In this document: positions 43,834 through 60,030 of the stretch, in pieces
Layout: the number at the start of each line of letters is the position of its first letter
Position numbering within the stretch: the stretch's first letter is position 1
Assembly: GCA_964016885.1 (NCBI GenBank)
Contig: OZ024764.1
Location: 9,610,001-9,674,000, forward strand
Direction of reading: 5' to 3'
Origin: Eledone cirrhosa
Lineage: Eukaryota
Length of the DNA stretch: 64,000 nucleotides
The notes under the pieces: model-generated
What the model saw: only the letters and a program-made list of their open reading frames with translations
What the model was told of the DNA's origin: nothing
Databases searched by the model: none
Made by a program: the position numbers and the translations under genes

Positions 43834-43912
43834 TTGGGTCGTCAAGTATGGAATTTGTAGAAATTTCTTTTTTTTTACGAAATTTCTACAAATTTCATAC
43901 TTCACGACCCAG
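43834..43912. mobile_element. 79-bp TIR-only MITE (mariner-like)
   Basis: TTGGGTCGTCAAGTATGGAATTTGTAGAAATTTC pairs with GAAATTTCTACAAATTTCATACTTCACGACCCAG; TA on both sides. Confidence 0.6.
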
Positions 43913-43944
<32 letters not shown>

Positions 43945-44212
43945 ATTTTTTATTCCATCTATTATGGAAATCTTCATCAAAGAACTCATTAAAACTATCA
44001 CCATGGTACCAAATATTACACACCCTGTCTACAAAGTTTAATCTCGTTAGCTCTGCCAATGTTGCCTGGAAATAAACTTTTGAAGAGTTACTTTACTATC
44101 TAGCTTATTTCCTCTGTCTTTCTGTCTGCGTGTGAGTTTCTGTGTGTGTGTTTATATGTGAGTTTGTGTGTGAGTTTGTGTGTGTGTTTGTATGTGTGTA
44201 TGTATGTCTTCC

Positions 44213-44254
<42 letters not shown>

Positions 44255-44307
44255 GGAAGACATACATACACACATACAAACATATATATATATATATATA
44301 TATATAA

Positions 44308-44582
<275 letters not shown>

Positions 44583-44583
44583 C

Positions 44584-44648
<65 letters not shown>

Positions 44649-45102
44649 CATATATATATACATACATACATATATATATATATATACATACATATATATG
44701 TATATATACATATATATACATACATATATATATATACATACATATATATATATACATACATATATATATACATACATATATATACATATATATATATACA
44801 TACATATATATATATACATACATATATATGTATATATATACATATATATACATACATATATATATATATATATATACATATATATACATACATATATATA
44901 TATACATACATATATATATATATGTATGTATATATATAAATATATATACATACATATATATATATATACACACACATATATATATATGTATATATATACA
45001 TATATATACATACATATATATATATATACATACATATATATATATATATACATACATATATATATATATGTATATATATACATATATATACATACATATA
45101 TA

Positions 45103-45143
<41 letters not shown>

Positions 45144-45198
45144 ATATACATACATATATATATATATGTATATATATACATATATATACATACATATA

Positions 45199-45236
<38 letters not shown>

Positions 45237-45237
45237 C

Positions 45238-45303
<66 letters not shown>

Positions 45304-45325
45304 ATACATACGTATATATACATAC

Positions 45326-45934
45326 ATGGTGGCTGCCAACTCGTTTTCGAGTACGGCCACTACTTTATATCCATGTAGGAGAACTCCTACTGATGCGCTG
45401 AACAAGTGTGACTTTTTAGTCCAGCCAGCGACTTGAAAACTCTGGTACAAACACTACACTTGTGACAATTATTGACACATAGTGCTGGGCCCATGGTACC
45501 ATGTGACGACAAGTGCAGAGAGATCTCCAGATATAAAGCAATGCCTGTGCTGTGAAGCTTTTATAGTGAGGAAAGGCACTGCACAAAGCCAGTCCCACTC
45601 TCTTAACCAAGATGATATTTACCAAAAAGAAGAACAAGTCAACATCATTGGATACCATCAGGGTTGCAGGTGTTATATCAGAGTTTTCCTTCTCCTAGAA
45701 TTCTGCCTTGACAAAGGCTAAGGGGTCATCTCTCCCGGTGATTTTGGATGGCCATTGACTCTTAAGAGCTCCTTTGCCCTTTGACAGGTTTTGTTTTTAG
45801 TCCTGCAGGATGTCCAGTCACCCTCCTCACCAAGAAACCTTGGTGGGGTTGCCAGTTTAGTCGCCAACGACCCGACCATGAGACAGGTTGTACTGGGATA
45901 CATGTTACCAGTAGCACCAACTGGTGACCTGACA
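45326..45934 (-). mobile_element. Non-autonomous bipartite RTE derivative (5' UTR-like plus 3' end), copy 1
   Basis: The minus strand has the RTE 5' UTR-like TAGGAGAAGGAAAACTCTG motif followed by a C-terminal zinc-finger remnant. It is nearly identical to 48099-48738. Confidence 0.6.
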
Positions 45935-45966
45935 TAATATACATACATATATATATATATACATAC

Positions 45967-46021
<55 letters not shown>

Positions 46022-46057
46022 CATATATATGTATATATATACATATATATACATACA

Positions 46058-47690
46058 TCGGGAATAGTTGCTGAGATGCTGAAGGCATCAGGGGACGTAG
46101 GCACTAAACTGGTTGCACGCATAATCAATCAGGCTATATATGGTGGTGTCATACCCAAAGACTGGTGCAGCAGTATTCTCATAAATTGCTACAAAGGTAA
46201 AGGGGATGTTTTGGAGAGGAGCAATTATAGGGGTATAAAACTGATAGATCAGGTTATGAAAGTGGCAGAAAGGATTTTAGCACAACTAATTAGAGAAAGG
46301 GTCAAACTAGATGAGATGCAGTTTGGTTTTGTGCCTGGGAAGAGTACAACAGATGCCCTCTTCTTGGTGAGACAAATGCAAGAGAGGTTCTTAGAGAAGA
46401 ATAAGCCACTATACTTGGCCTTTGTTGACCTAGAGAAGGCCTTTGATAGGGTACCCCGATCTGTCATCTGGTGGTCCCTAAGGAAGCTGGGTGGGAATGG
46501 CTTGTAAGGACAGTGCAAACTTTGTACAGAGGTACTCTCAGTAAAGTCAGGGTAGGAATGGAGTTTAGTGAGGAATTCCAGATACAAGTAGGAGTACATC
46601 AGGGTTCGGTCCTCAGCCCGCTCTTGTTCATTATAGTCCTCCAAGCCATAACAGAGGAGTTTAAGACTGGCTGTCCATGGGAACTTCTCTATGCTGACGA
46701 TCTGGCTCTTATGGCAGAATCAGTAGAGGAGCTAGAGAATAAATTCCGGCTATGGAAACAGCAGTTGGAAGCAAGAGGACTGAGAGTAAATCTAGCTAAG
46801 ACAAAAGTGTTGATGAGTAGAAAAGAGGACAAAACCCTGATTCCGTCAGGGAAATGGCCATGTTCGATATGCAGAAAAGGAACTGGCATAAATTCTATAA
46901 AATGCACACAATGTAGGTCCTGGGTACACAAGAGATGTAGCGGGATAGCAGGCAAACTAACAGGTAGGGAGAAATATGTATGCAGTAGATGTACAGGGAA
47001 ATTAGACAGTAGAAGTCGCACTGATAGACACATTTTTCAAATGCGAGAGGGCGCTATAGAAGTGGTGGATAGCTTCCGGTACCTAGGAGATCAGATTAGC
47101 ATGGGAGGAGGGTGTTCCGAGGCCATAGTATCTAGAATAAGGACGGGTTGGAAGAAGTTTAGGGAGCTGCTTCCTCTGTTGACGAAGAAGGGTTTCTCCC
47201 TGCGTACGAAAGGCCGGTTGTATGATGCCTGTGTGAGGAGCGCGATGCTGCATGGTAGTGAGACATGGGCAGCTACCGCAGAAGATATGCGACGGCTGGA
47301 GAGAAATGAGGCAAGCATGCTCCGTTGGATGTGCAGTGTAAATGTGCGTGAACGACCCAGCATAAATGTGTTGAGAGAGAAACTGTGTCTGAGAGGGATA
47401 GAATGTAGTGTACGGGAGAGGAGACTGAGGTGGTATGGACATGTGATGCGCATGGAGGATGACCGATGGGTGAAGAAGTGCCAGGAAATGCCAGTTGAAG
47501 GAAGACGTAGTAGAGGTAGACCACGAAAAACATGGGCGGAGGTGGTGAGAACAGACCTCAGATCATTGAAGCTCACGGTGGAGATGACGAGGGACCGTGA
47601 CGAGTGGAGAGATGCTGTGCTGAATAAGACCCGTCCCACCCTTGCAAGCAGGGAAAAGCGGACGTAAATGATGATGATGATGATGATGAT
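46058..47690 (+). pseudogene. 5'-truncated RTE LINE reverse transcriptase, one frameshift (about 46490)
   Basis: [56 protein letters not shown] and GRPRKTW motifs, with an (ATG)n tail at 47668-47690. Confidence 0.95.
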
Positions 47691-47798
47691 ATACAAATAC
47701 ATATATATACATATATATATATATACATATATATATACATACATACATATATATACATATACATATATATACATATATGTATATACATATATATATAC

Positions 47799-47851
<53 letters not shown>

Positions 47852-48056
47852 CATACGTACATACATATATGTATATATATATATACATACATATATATAT
47901 ACATATATATATATACATACATACATACATATATGTATATATATATATACATACATATATATATACATATATATATATACATACATATACATATATATAT
48001 ACATACATACATATATATATACATATATATACATACATATATATATACATATATAT

Positions 48057-48089
<33 letters not shown>

Positions 48090-48098
48090 TATACATAT

Positions 48099-48738
48099 AT
48101 GGTGGCTGCCAACTCGTTTTCGAGTACGGCCACTACTTTACATCCATGTAGGATAACCCCTACCGAAGCGCTGAACGAGTGTGACTTTTTAGTCCAGCCA
48201 GCGACTTGAAACCTCTGGTACAAACACTACACCTGTGACAATTATTGACACATAGTGCTAGGCCCATGGTAGGACAATTATTGACACATAGTGCTGGGCC
48301 CATGTGAGGACAAGTGCAGAGAGATCTCCAGATATAAAGCAATGCCTGTGCCGTGAAGCTTTTATAGTGAGCAAAGGCACTGCACAAAGCCAGTCCCACT
48401 CTCTTAACCAAGATGCTATTTACCAAAAAGAAGAACAAGTCAACATCATTGGATACCATCAGGGTTGCAGGTGTTATATCAGAGTTTTCCTTCTCCTAGA
48501 ATTCTGCCTTGACTAAGGCTAAAGGGGTCATCTCTCCCGGTGATTTTGGATGGCCATTGACTCTTAAGAGCTCCTTTGCCCTTTGACAGGTTTTGTTTTT
48601 AGTCCTGCAGGATGTCCAAAGTCACCCTCCTCACCAAGAAACCTTGGTGGGGTTGCCAGTTTAGTCGCCAACGACCCGACCATGAGACAGGTTGTACTGG
48701 GATACATGTTACCAGTAGCACCAACTGGTGACCTGACA
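48099..48738 (-). mobile_element. Bipartite RTE derivative, copy 2
   Basis: Minus ORF ends [17 protein letters not shown], a BovB/RTE-type C-terminal finger. There is a short internal duplication near 48235-48302. Confidence 0.6.
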
Positions 48739-48756
48739 TAATATACATATACATAT

Positions 48757-48789
<33 letters not shown>

Positions 48790-48906
48790 TACATATATAT
48801 ACATACATATATATATATACATATATACACATACATATATATATATACATATATATACATATATATATATATATACATATATATACATATATATATATAC
48901 ATATAT

Positions 48907-48938
<32 letters not shown>

Positions 48939-49136
48939 ATATATATACATACATATATATATATATACATATATACACATACATATATATATATATATAC
49001 ATATATATACATACATATATATATATATATACATACACACATACATATATATATATATATATACATATATATACATATATATATATATACATATATACAC
49101 ACACACATACATATACACATATATATATATGTGTGT

Positions 49137-49402
49137 GGAGGCAGGTGGCCTAGTGGTAAGGGTGTTGGTCTTACAATCATAATGTCGTGGGTTCGATTCC
49201 TGGGTTGTGTGTTGTGTTCTTGAGCAAGACACTTCATTTCACGTTGCTCCAGTATACTCAGCTGAAAATGAGTACCAGTAATAGCTGGAGGTTTAACCCT
49301 GTGATGGACTGGTGTCCTGTCCAGGGGGGAGTCTTGTACTCTCAGTCGCTTCACGCCATAAAACCAGAATAAGTACTGGCTTATTGATCCTTGAGAAAGA
49401 CT
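49137..49402 (+). mobile_element. tRNA-head CORE-like SINE with a different 3' part
   Basis: TGGCCTAGTGG A box, GGTTCGATTCC B box, CTTGAGCAAGACACTT centre and CCCTGTGATGGACTGG tail. Confidence 0.75.
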
Positions 49403-49445
49403 TATGTATATATATATATATATGTGTATATATATGTGTATATAT

Positions 49446-49490
<45 letters not shown>

Positions 49491-49494
49491 TATG

Positions 49495-49547
<53 letters not shown>

Positions 49548-49569
49548 ATTATATATATATATGTATATA

Positions 49570-49634
<65 letters not shown>

Positions 49635-49747
49635 GTATATATAGATATATATATATATGTATATATATATATATGTAGAGAGAGTGAGAGTGGAAATGAC
49701 CACTAGTAGTTAATGGCTTTATATATATATATATGTGTGTGTGTGTT

Positions 49748-49832
<85 letters not shown>

Positions 49833-49847
49833 GTGTGTGTGTGTGTT

Positions 49848-49920
<73 letters not shown>

Positions 49921-49933
49921 GTGTGTGTGTGTT

Positions 49934-49983
<50 letters not shown>

Positions 49984-50005
49984 TATATGTGTGTGTGTGT
50001 GTGTG

Positions 50006-50050
<45 letters not shown>

Positions 50051-50127
50051 AGACAGAGAGAGAGATGGGGGGGGGGGGATAGCTGCCGGGAGTAGTTAAT
50101 GGATAATACATATATATATCTGTATAT

Positions 50128-50164
<37 letters not shown>

Positions 50165-50192
50165 GTATATATGTATGTGTGTGTGTATATAT

Positions 50193-50223
<31 letters not shown>

Positions 50224-50230
50224 CAAACAA

Positions 50231-50279
<49 letters not shown>

Positions 50280-50474
50280 TATATAGGAGGGAGCAGTGTT
50301 TTAAGGAAGAGAAAATGGCTGCAACTCAATAACAACAACAACAACAACAACAGACGTTTCTCAATAGAATGTCTTTTCTTTCTTTATTGGTGCCAAATAT
50401 TTTCAATTTGGAGATAATGGCTTCCTTACACTTTAGCCATTAACTATAACTTGTGGCTCTCTCTCTCTCTCTCA

Positions 50475-50578
<104 letters not shown>

Positions 50579-50903
50579 TATATATATATTGTATATATAT
50601 ATATACATATATGTACATATATATACATGTATATATATACACAAACACACACACATATATATATATACATTATATATGCATATGTATATATATATATATA
50701 TATAAATATGTATATATATACATATACATATATATGCATATATATATACATATATATGCATATATATATACATATATATATATATATATGTATATATGTA
50801 TACATATATATGTATATATGTATATATATACTATGTAAATAAATACATATATGTATATATATACATATATACATATATGTATATATATGTTTATATATAT
50901 ATA

Positions 50904-50950
<47 letters not shown>

Positions 50951-50987
50951 ATATATATATATATATATGTGTGTGTATATATATATA

Positions 50988-51351
<364 letters not shown>

Positions 51352-51390
51352 TATATATATATACACACACATATATATATATATATATAT

Positions 51391-53653
<2,263 letters not shown>

Positions 53654-53672
53654 GTGTACATATATATATTTA

Positions 53673-53726
<54 letters not shown>

Positions 53727-53732
53727 CACACA

Positions 53733-53764
<32 letters not shown>

Positions 53765-53843
53765 CACACATATATATATATATATATATGTACACATATA
53801 TATATATATATATATGTACACACATATATATATATATATATGT

Positions 53844-53896
<53 letters not shown>

Positions 53897-53915
53897 TAAA
53901 TATATATATGTACAC

Positions 53916-53947
<32 letters not shown>

Positions 53948-53978
53948 GTACACATATTTATATATGTACACATATATT

Positions 53979-54012
<34 letters not shown>

Positions 54013-54144
54013 CATATATAATATATATATACAAATATATATATACACATATATATATATACACATATATATATATATACACATATATATATATACATAT
54101 TATATATATATACATATATATATATACATATTATATATATATAC

Positions 54145-54215
<71 letters not shown>

Positions 54216-54268
54216 CATATATATATACATATATATTTATACATATATATATATACATATATATATAC

Positions 54269-54299
<31 letters not shown>

Positions 54300-54314
54300 C
54301 ATATATATATATAC

Positions 54315-54345
<31 letters not shown>

Positions 54346-54396
54346 CATATATATACATATATATACATATATATATATATACATATATATATATAC

Positions 54397-54459
<63 letters not shown>

Positions 54460-54658
54460 CTTATATATATACATATATATATATACTTATATATATACAT
54501 ATATATATATATATACTTATATATATACATATATATATATATATATACTTATATATATACATATATATATATATACATATATATATATACATATATATAT
54601 ATACTTATATATATACATATATATATATACATATATATATATATACATATATATAGAC

Positions 54659-54689
<31 letters not shown>

Positions 54690-54853
54690 CATATATATAG
54701 ACATATATATATATACATATATATATATATACATATATATATATACATATACATATATACATATATATATACATATATACATATACATATGTACATATAT
54801 ATATACATATACATATATACATATATATATACATATACATATATTTATACATA

Positions 54854-54961
<108 letters not shown>

Positions 54962-54969
54962 TATATACT

Positions 54970-55001
<32 letters not shown>

Positions 55002-55040
55002 AATATATATAGACATATATATATATACATATATATATAC

Positions 55041-55087
<47 letters not shown>

Positions 55088-55316
55088 CATATATATATAC
55101 ATATATACATATACATATACATATATATATACATATACATATATACATATATATATACATATACATATATTTATACATATATATATATATATACATATAT
55201 ATATACATATATATTGTGTAACTTAATAGATTTTTTTTGCTATATATAAATATATATATATATTTATATATAGAGAGAGATATACACATATATATGTATA
55301 TATATATATATATATG

Positions 55317-55374
<58 letters not shown>

Positions 55375-55394
55375 TATATATATATATATGTATG

Positions 55395-55439
<45 letters not shown>

Positions 55440-55836
55440 GTATGTATATATATTTCGTTTATGAATTTGGCAACATGACCCTCCCAAAGTATAACAATAT
55501 GTATATATATATATACACATATATATATATATATATACATATATATGTGTATATCTCTCTATATATATAAATATATATATATATTTATATATAGCAAAAA
55601 AAATCTATTAAGTTACACAACGTCTTTACATCAACCGCAAGATAAAAATTACGAAATACAACAACCACAACAACAACAAAACACACACAAGCTCTGTAAA
55701 CTGACGAAAAATATACGAAAAAAGAGAGTACTAGTCTAAAGGCCTGTCACTCTATATCTCCTGCATCTCCTTTTCATATATATATATATATATATATATA
55801 CGTGGGAAAGTATATATATATATATATATATATATA

Positions 55837-56027
55837 TAGCGAATGAAAAGTGGTAAGGAACCAGGTGGACCATAACGCACCAAAGTACTCAATACTTAGG
55901 GTAGTAGAGTGGGTAATAGGAGTAAGTAAGACCCCGACGGCTGAGCTCAAGCCGTCTCGACGGCTAATTCTGTACAGAATTAGCCGTCCAAACGGCTTGA
56001 GCTCAGCCGTCGGGATCTTACTTACTC

Positions 56028-56030
<3 letters not shown>
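55837..56030 (-). mobile_element. Family E palindromic element
   Basis: Homologous to 21624-21816. Confidence 0.88.
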
Positions 56031-56059
<29 letters not shown>

Positions 56060-56068
56060 TTAGGTTTG

Positions 56069-56107
<39 letters not shown>

Positions 56108-56119
56108 CATTTAGGTTTG

Positions 56120-56160
<41 letters not shown>

Positions 56161-56444
56161 CATTTAGGTTTGTTGGTTCACCACTGGATAGAACTGGTCA
56201 TTCCGTATAGTAGTCAACCTTGATGTAATATTAAGGAGAGCACTCGACGTAAGTCCCACTCACCCATCTTCGTTTGTGCTGTTGGTGGCAGAGTGGGACT
56301 TACGTATAACCTAAACACGCTATAGCTTAGGGCTCCCACACAAAAAACAGCGACAATTTGTCACTGACATAGGACATCTCAAATAGCTTAGGGCCTCATA
56401 AAATCTAAATCCGGCCCTGGTTGGTGGTACGAGTATGGAGTTAA

Positions 56445-57021
56445 TTATTATAAAATAACAGGAGGCTGGACTGGTGTAATTCCTTAAACGTTTATTATAC
56501 TATGAACATTTCAATGACTGGGTTCAGTATGAATCCGGTGACATCGTCAGGTATTCCAAAATTTATCCAACAAAGGAATATAACAGTTGAAGGCGGCCAC
56601 CGGACTAGCAACTGTTAATTTTTGGCTGCCTTCTTGTCTTGGGCATCTCTCTCTGATTTTCAGCCCCTTGGATTGTGTCTATTATATTCCTTTGTTGGAT
56701 AAATTTCGGAATACCTGATGATGTCACCGGATTCATACTGAACCCAGTCATTGAAATGTTCATAGTATAATAAACCTTTAAGGTTTATCATATTATTATA
56801 TTAGTGAATTGGCAGTATCGGTGGAGGGTCGGACTTGCTTTCCAGCATAGTTACGTCCCTTTACGATATGAGTTCAAATCCCGCCGAGGTTAACTTTGCC
56901 TTTCATCCTTACGGGGTCGATAAAATAAAGTACCAGTAATGTACTGGGATAATTGCTGGCCTTGTGCCAAAAGTAGAAAGAATTATATTAACACCAATCC
57001 AGCCTCCTCTTATTTTATAAT
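56445..57021. mobile_element. Palindromic twin-hammerhead element, family I, right arm interrupted by an S2 SINE
   Basis: Arms at about 56445-56583 and 56681-56785 plus 56990-57021. Hammerheads at 56497-56554 (-, CTGACGA) and 56711-56768 (+; ATAC/GTAT, CTGATGA 56715, GAAA 56753, ATGTTCAT), followed by AATAAA. Confidence 0.85.
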
Positions 57022-57041
57022 TATATATATATATATAACAT

Positions 57042-57109
57042 CTCTATCTGATGACCGATCCAGACATATATTAATATTGTCTGGGATCCAGAAACCTTTG
57101 GTAATGGAG
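57042..57109 (+). ncRNA. Type I hammerhead ribozyme (solo, in an element of about 100 bp between (TA)n)
   Basis: Stem I CTCTAT/ATGGAG; CTGATGA 57048; stem II GATCCAGACA/TGTCTGGGATC; GAAA 57091; stem III ACC-TTT-GGT; GUA site at 57103. Confidence 0.8.
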
Positions 57110-57136
57110 TAGTTATATTTTGTGTTGTTCACTTTC

Positions 57137-57175
<39 letters not shown>

Positions 57176-57178
<3 letters not shown>

Positions 57179-57557
57179 GGAGGTGAGTTTTATTGTAGTA
57201 CAATAAAGCAATGCAGATATCGGATAATATCTCTCTCTCTATCACCCATCTCTCCTCCTATCTCATCCTTCCTCATTATACTCCTCCACCTCCACTTTTT
57301 ACTCTCATCTCCTCCTCTTTTTCATCCTTTCCAACCTCCCCCCCCCCTCCAAAACGTTTTTCCCAATATCACACATCAATCTAAAACTACTTTTCATATG
57401 TTGATTTAAAACTGCACTATCCACAAGTGTTTTTTAACCTTCATATCATGTCTTCCTATTTTATCTGATGAAAACACAAATGTTATTGCATGATGATATT
57501 TGTTTTTGAAATGCGCATAATAAAATACATGGAACTCTTTTAACCATCTTTTGATCT

Positions 57558-57565
<8 letters not shown>
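57176..57565. mobile_element. Family B variant: inverted tail fragment plus + strand arm with hammerhead at 57457-57527
   Basis: GTAGGAGGTGAGTTTTATTG at 57176; CTGATGA 57465; GAAATGCGCATA 57508-57519. Confidence 0.8.
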
Positions 57566-57623
<58 letters not shown>

Positions 57624-57632
57624 ATATATCAG

Positions 57633-57785
57633 TGATATTAATAAATGGAAACTATATTTATAAAACCATATTTATTCTATTATATATATTTCAAGGGTAC
57701 CAAAACTTTGGTACGCTCTCATCAGATAAAACTTGTCAAGTGCTTCGAATCTGTTATAAATATATTTGTTAAATATCCCTTTGCT
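57633..57785 (-). mobile_element. Family C/D single arm with hammerhead at 57675-57731
   Basis: Minus strand TTTTAT-CTGATGA-stem II (GTACCAAA/TTTGGTAC)-GAAA-TATATA-TA. Confidence 0.78.
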
Positions 57786-57797
57786 TATATATATATA

Positions 57798-58199
57798 TCA
57801 TCATCATCGTCATCATCACCGTTTTACGTCCGTTCTTCCACGCTAGCATGGGTTAGACGGGTTGTCCTGTTGTGAGCAGTGTCTGGTCGGCTGACCTTGT
57901 CTTCTTCATACAGGAACTGATTCTGGCTTGATTTCTACAGCTGGATGCCCTTCCTAACACCAACCTCATTTACAGTGAGTGCTGGGTGCTTTATTTCCAT
58001 GGCACCTCCATGACCACTTTACAGTGGAATGATAGAGACCCCAGTCCCTATCATCTCCTTTCTACAGCTGAGTAAACTGGAGCAATGTGAAATAAAGTGT
58101 CTTGCTCAAGGAAACAACACATCACCCGGTCTGAGAATTGAACTCACAACCTTTCGATTGCAAGGCCAATGCTCTAACCACTAAGCCATGTGCCTCCAT
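57798..58199 (-). mobile_element. S1 SINE
   Basis: Inverted full-length copy. Confidence 0.87.
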
Positions 58200-58404
58200 T
58201 ATATATATGTGTGTGTGTGTGTGTGTATATCAAAAAGCACCCAACAACACTGTAAATGTGGTTGGCGTTAGGAAGGGCATCCAGACATAGAAAACCTGCC
58301 AGTAACACTCCTATATGGGCGAGACAAGGTCACCCGACACAACTTGCCTTTAAATGGGACAAACCTATCTCACCCATGCTAGCGTGGAAGATGGACGTTA
58401 ATCG

Positions 58405-59085
58405 ACGATGGTGATGGTCATGATGGTGATGATGGGGTATTAGCGATGGTGATGGTGATGATGATGGTGATGATGATGGTGATGATGATGATGGTGGTGG
58501 TGATGGTGGTGATGATGGTGATGGTGGTGGTGATCGTGGTGATGATGGTGATGATGATGGTGGTGGTGGTGGTGATGATGATGGTGCTGTTGATGATGAT
58601 GGTGATGATGGTGTTGATGGTGATGGGGATGATGGTGATGGTGGTGGTGATGATGATGTTGGTGGTGGTGATGGTGGGGGTGATGGTGGTGATGATGATG
58701 ATGGTGATGATGATGTTGATGGTGATGGTGGTGATGATGATGGTGGTGGTGGTGATGATCGTGCTGTTGATGATGATGATGATGGTGATGATGATGGTGG
58801 TGGTGGTGGTGGTGATGATGCTGTTGATGATGATGGTGATGATGATGATGGTGATGATGGTGATGATGGTGATGATGGTGGTGATGGTGGTGCTTGTGAT
58901 GGTGATGATGATGATGATGATGGTGCTGTTGATGATGATGGTGATGATGGTGGTGATGATGGTGATGATGGTGGTGATGATGGTGGTGATGGTGATGGTG
59001 ATGGTGATGATGGCCATCAACATCATCATCGCCATCGCCATCACCACCATGATGGTGATGATGGTTATGGGATGATGGTGATGGT
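58405..59085. repeat. (GAT/GGT)n tract extending an RTE-type tail
   Basis: Begins directly after GGACGTTAA, the SINE/LINE 3' end. Confidence 0.9.
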
Positions 59086-59559
59086 GACTTCCCCTTTACT
59101 TTCTGAGTTCAAATCCTGCCGAGGTTAACCTTACGGGTTAGATAAAATAAAGTACCAGTAATACACTGGGTGTAATTGCTGGCCTTGTGCCAAAAGTAGA
59201 AACAATTATTATTACTATTATATTTTTATTAGGGCAGAATTGGTAGAGGGTCGGACATGCTTTCCAGCATAGTTAAGTCCCTTTACGATCTGAGTTCAAA
59301 TCCCGCCAAGGTTAACTTTGCCTTTCATCCTTACGAGGTCGATAAAATAAAGTACCAGTAATGTACTGGGTAATTGCTGGCCTTGTGCCGAAAGTAGAAA
59401 CAATTATATTTTTATTTGGGTCACGGTAACCTATTAGATTAGTAATTAAACTACTGACCCCTCATCCCACTTTAATTAGACTCTAATCGTAGTTATCTCC
59501 CTTGAACCTTAGGTCGCCATGACATACACCGGCGCGTACGGACCACAAACAGGCACACT

Positions 59560-59745
59560 GCACTACAAACATGCCCACTGCACTACAAACATGCACACTG
59601 CTCTACAAACATGCACAGTGCATGACAAACATGCACACAGCACTACAAAACATGCATAATGCATCACAAACATGCACACAGCACTACAAAACATGCATAA
59701 TGCATCACAAACATGCACGGTGGATCATTAACATGCACAACAGGC
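59560..59745. repeat. About 20-bp minisatellite (CAAACATGCACACTGCACTA-like)
   Basis: Seen directly. Confidence 0.8.
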
Positions 59746-59779
59746 GCACCTAAGGTGCACAACGGAAGGTAATTTCCTC

Positions 59780-60030
59780 TTCTTCTCCCACTTATTCCTG
59801 AGAGGGTCTTGGGGTCAGAATCTCAAATACTCTCTCCAGAAGGTCCTGTCAGAAGCAACCGTCTCCCACTGATCCAGCTGGATCCACCCAAGCGACACCA
59901 GCCATCTTGCTTCGGGTCTATCCCTGGGTCTCCCGCCAGTTGGCTTTATCCGTAAAATCTATCCAGTGATTCTTTCCTCGGACATTCTAACCACATGTCT
60001 GTAGTGTCAGAGCTGTGATCTCTCAATTCA
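59780..60030 (-). pseudogene. Decayed RTE ORF C-terminus
   Basis: Minus translation IERSQL*HYRHVVRMSEERITG*ILRIKPTGGRPRDRPEARWL resembles the RTE motif xQLRWxGHVxRM...RPxGRPxxRW. Confidence 0.7.

Noticed and set aside
45845-45934. HDV-like ribozyme at the 5' end of the bipartite RTE (minus strand)
   Set aside because: Partial elements are present (CCAGT/ACTGG, TCG-TTGG-CGA-CTAA, GTA-TCCCAG-TAC), but I could not fit the P1/P2/P3/P1.1 order by eye. It needs an RNAMotif or Infernal test.
55695-55745. CTGACGA...GAAA hammerhead-like core
   Set aside because: No convincing stem I, II or III.
56325-56420. hAT-like terminus TCCGGCCCTG
   Set aside because: No partner TIR or target-site duplication was found.
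56583-56681. Possible GIY-YIG C-terminal remnant (minus strand SKGLKIRE) in the family I spacer
   Set aside because: Too short and degenerate to support.
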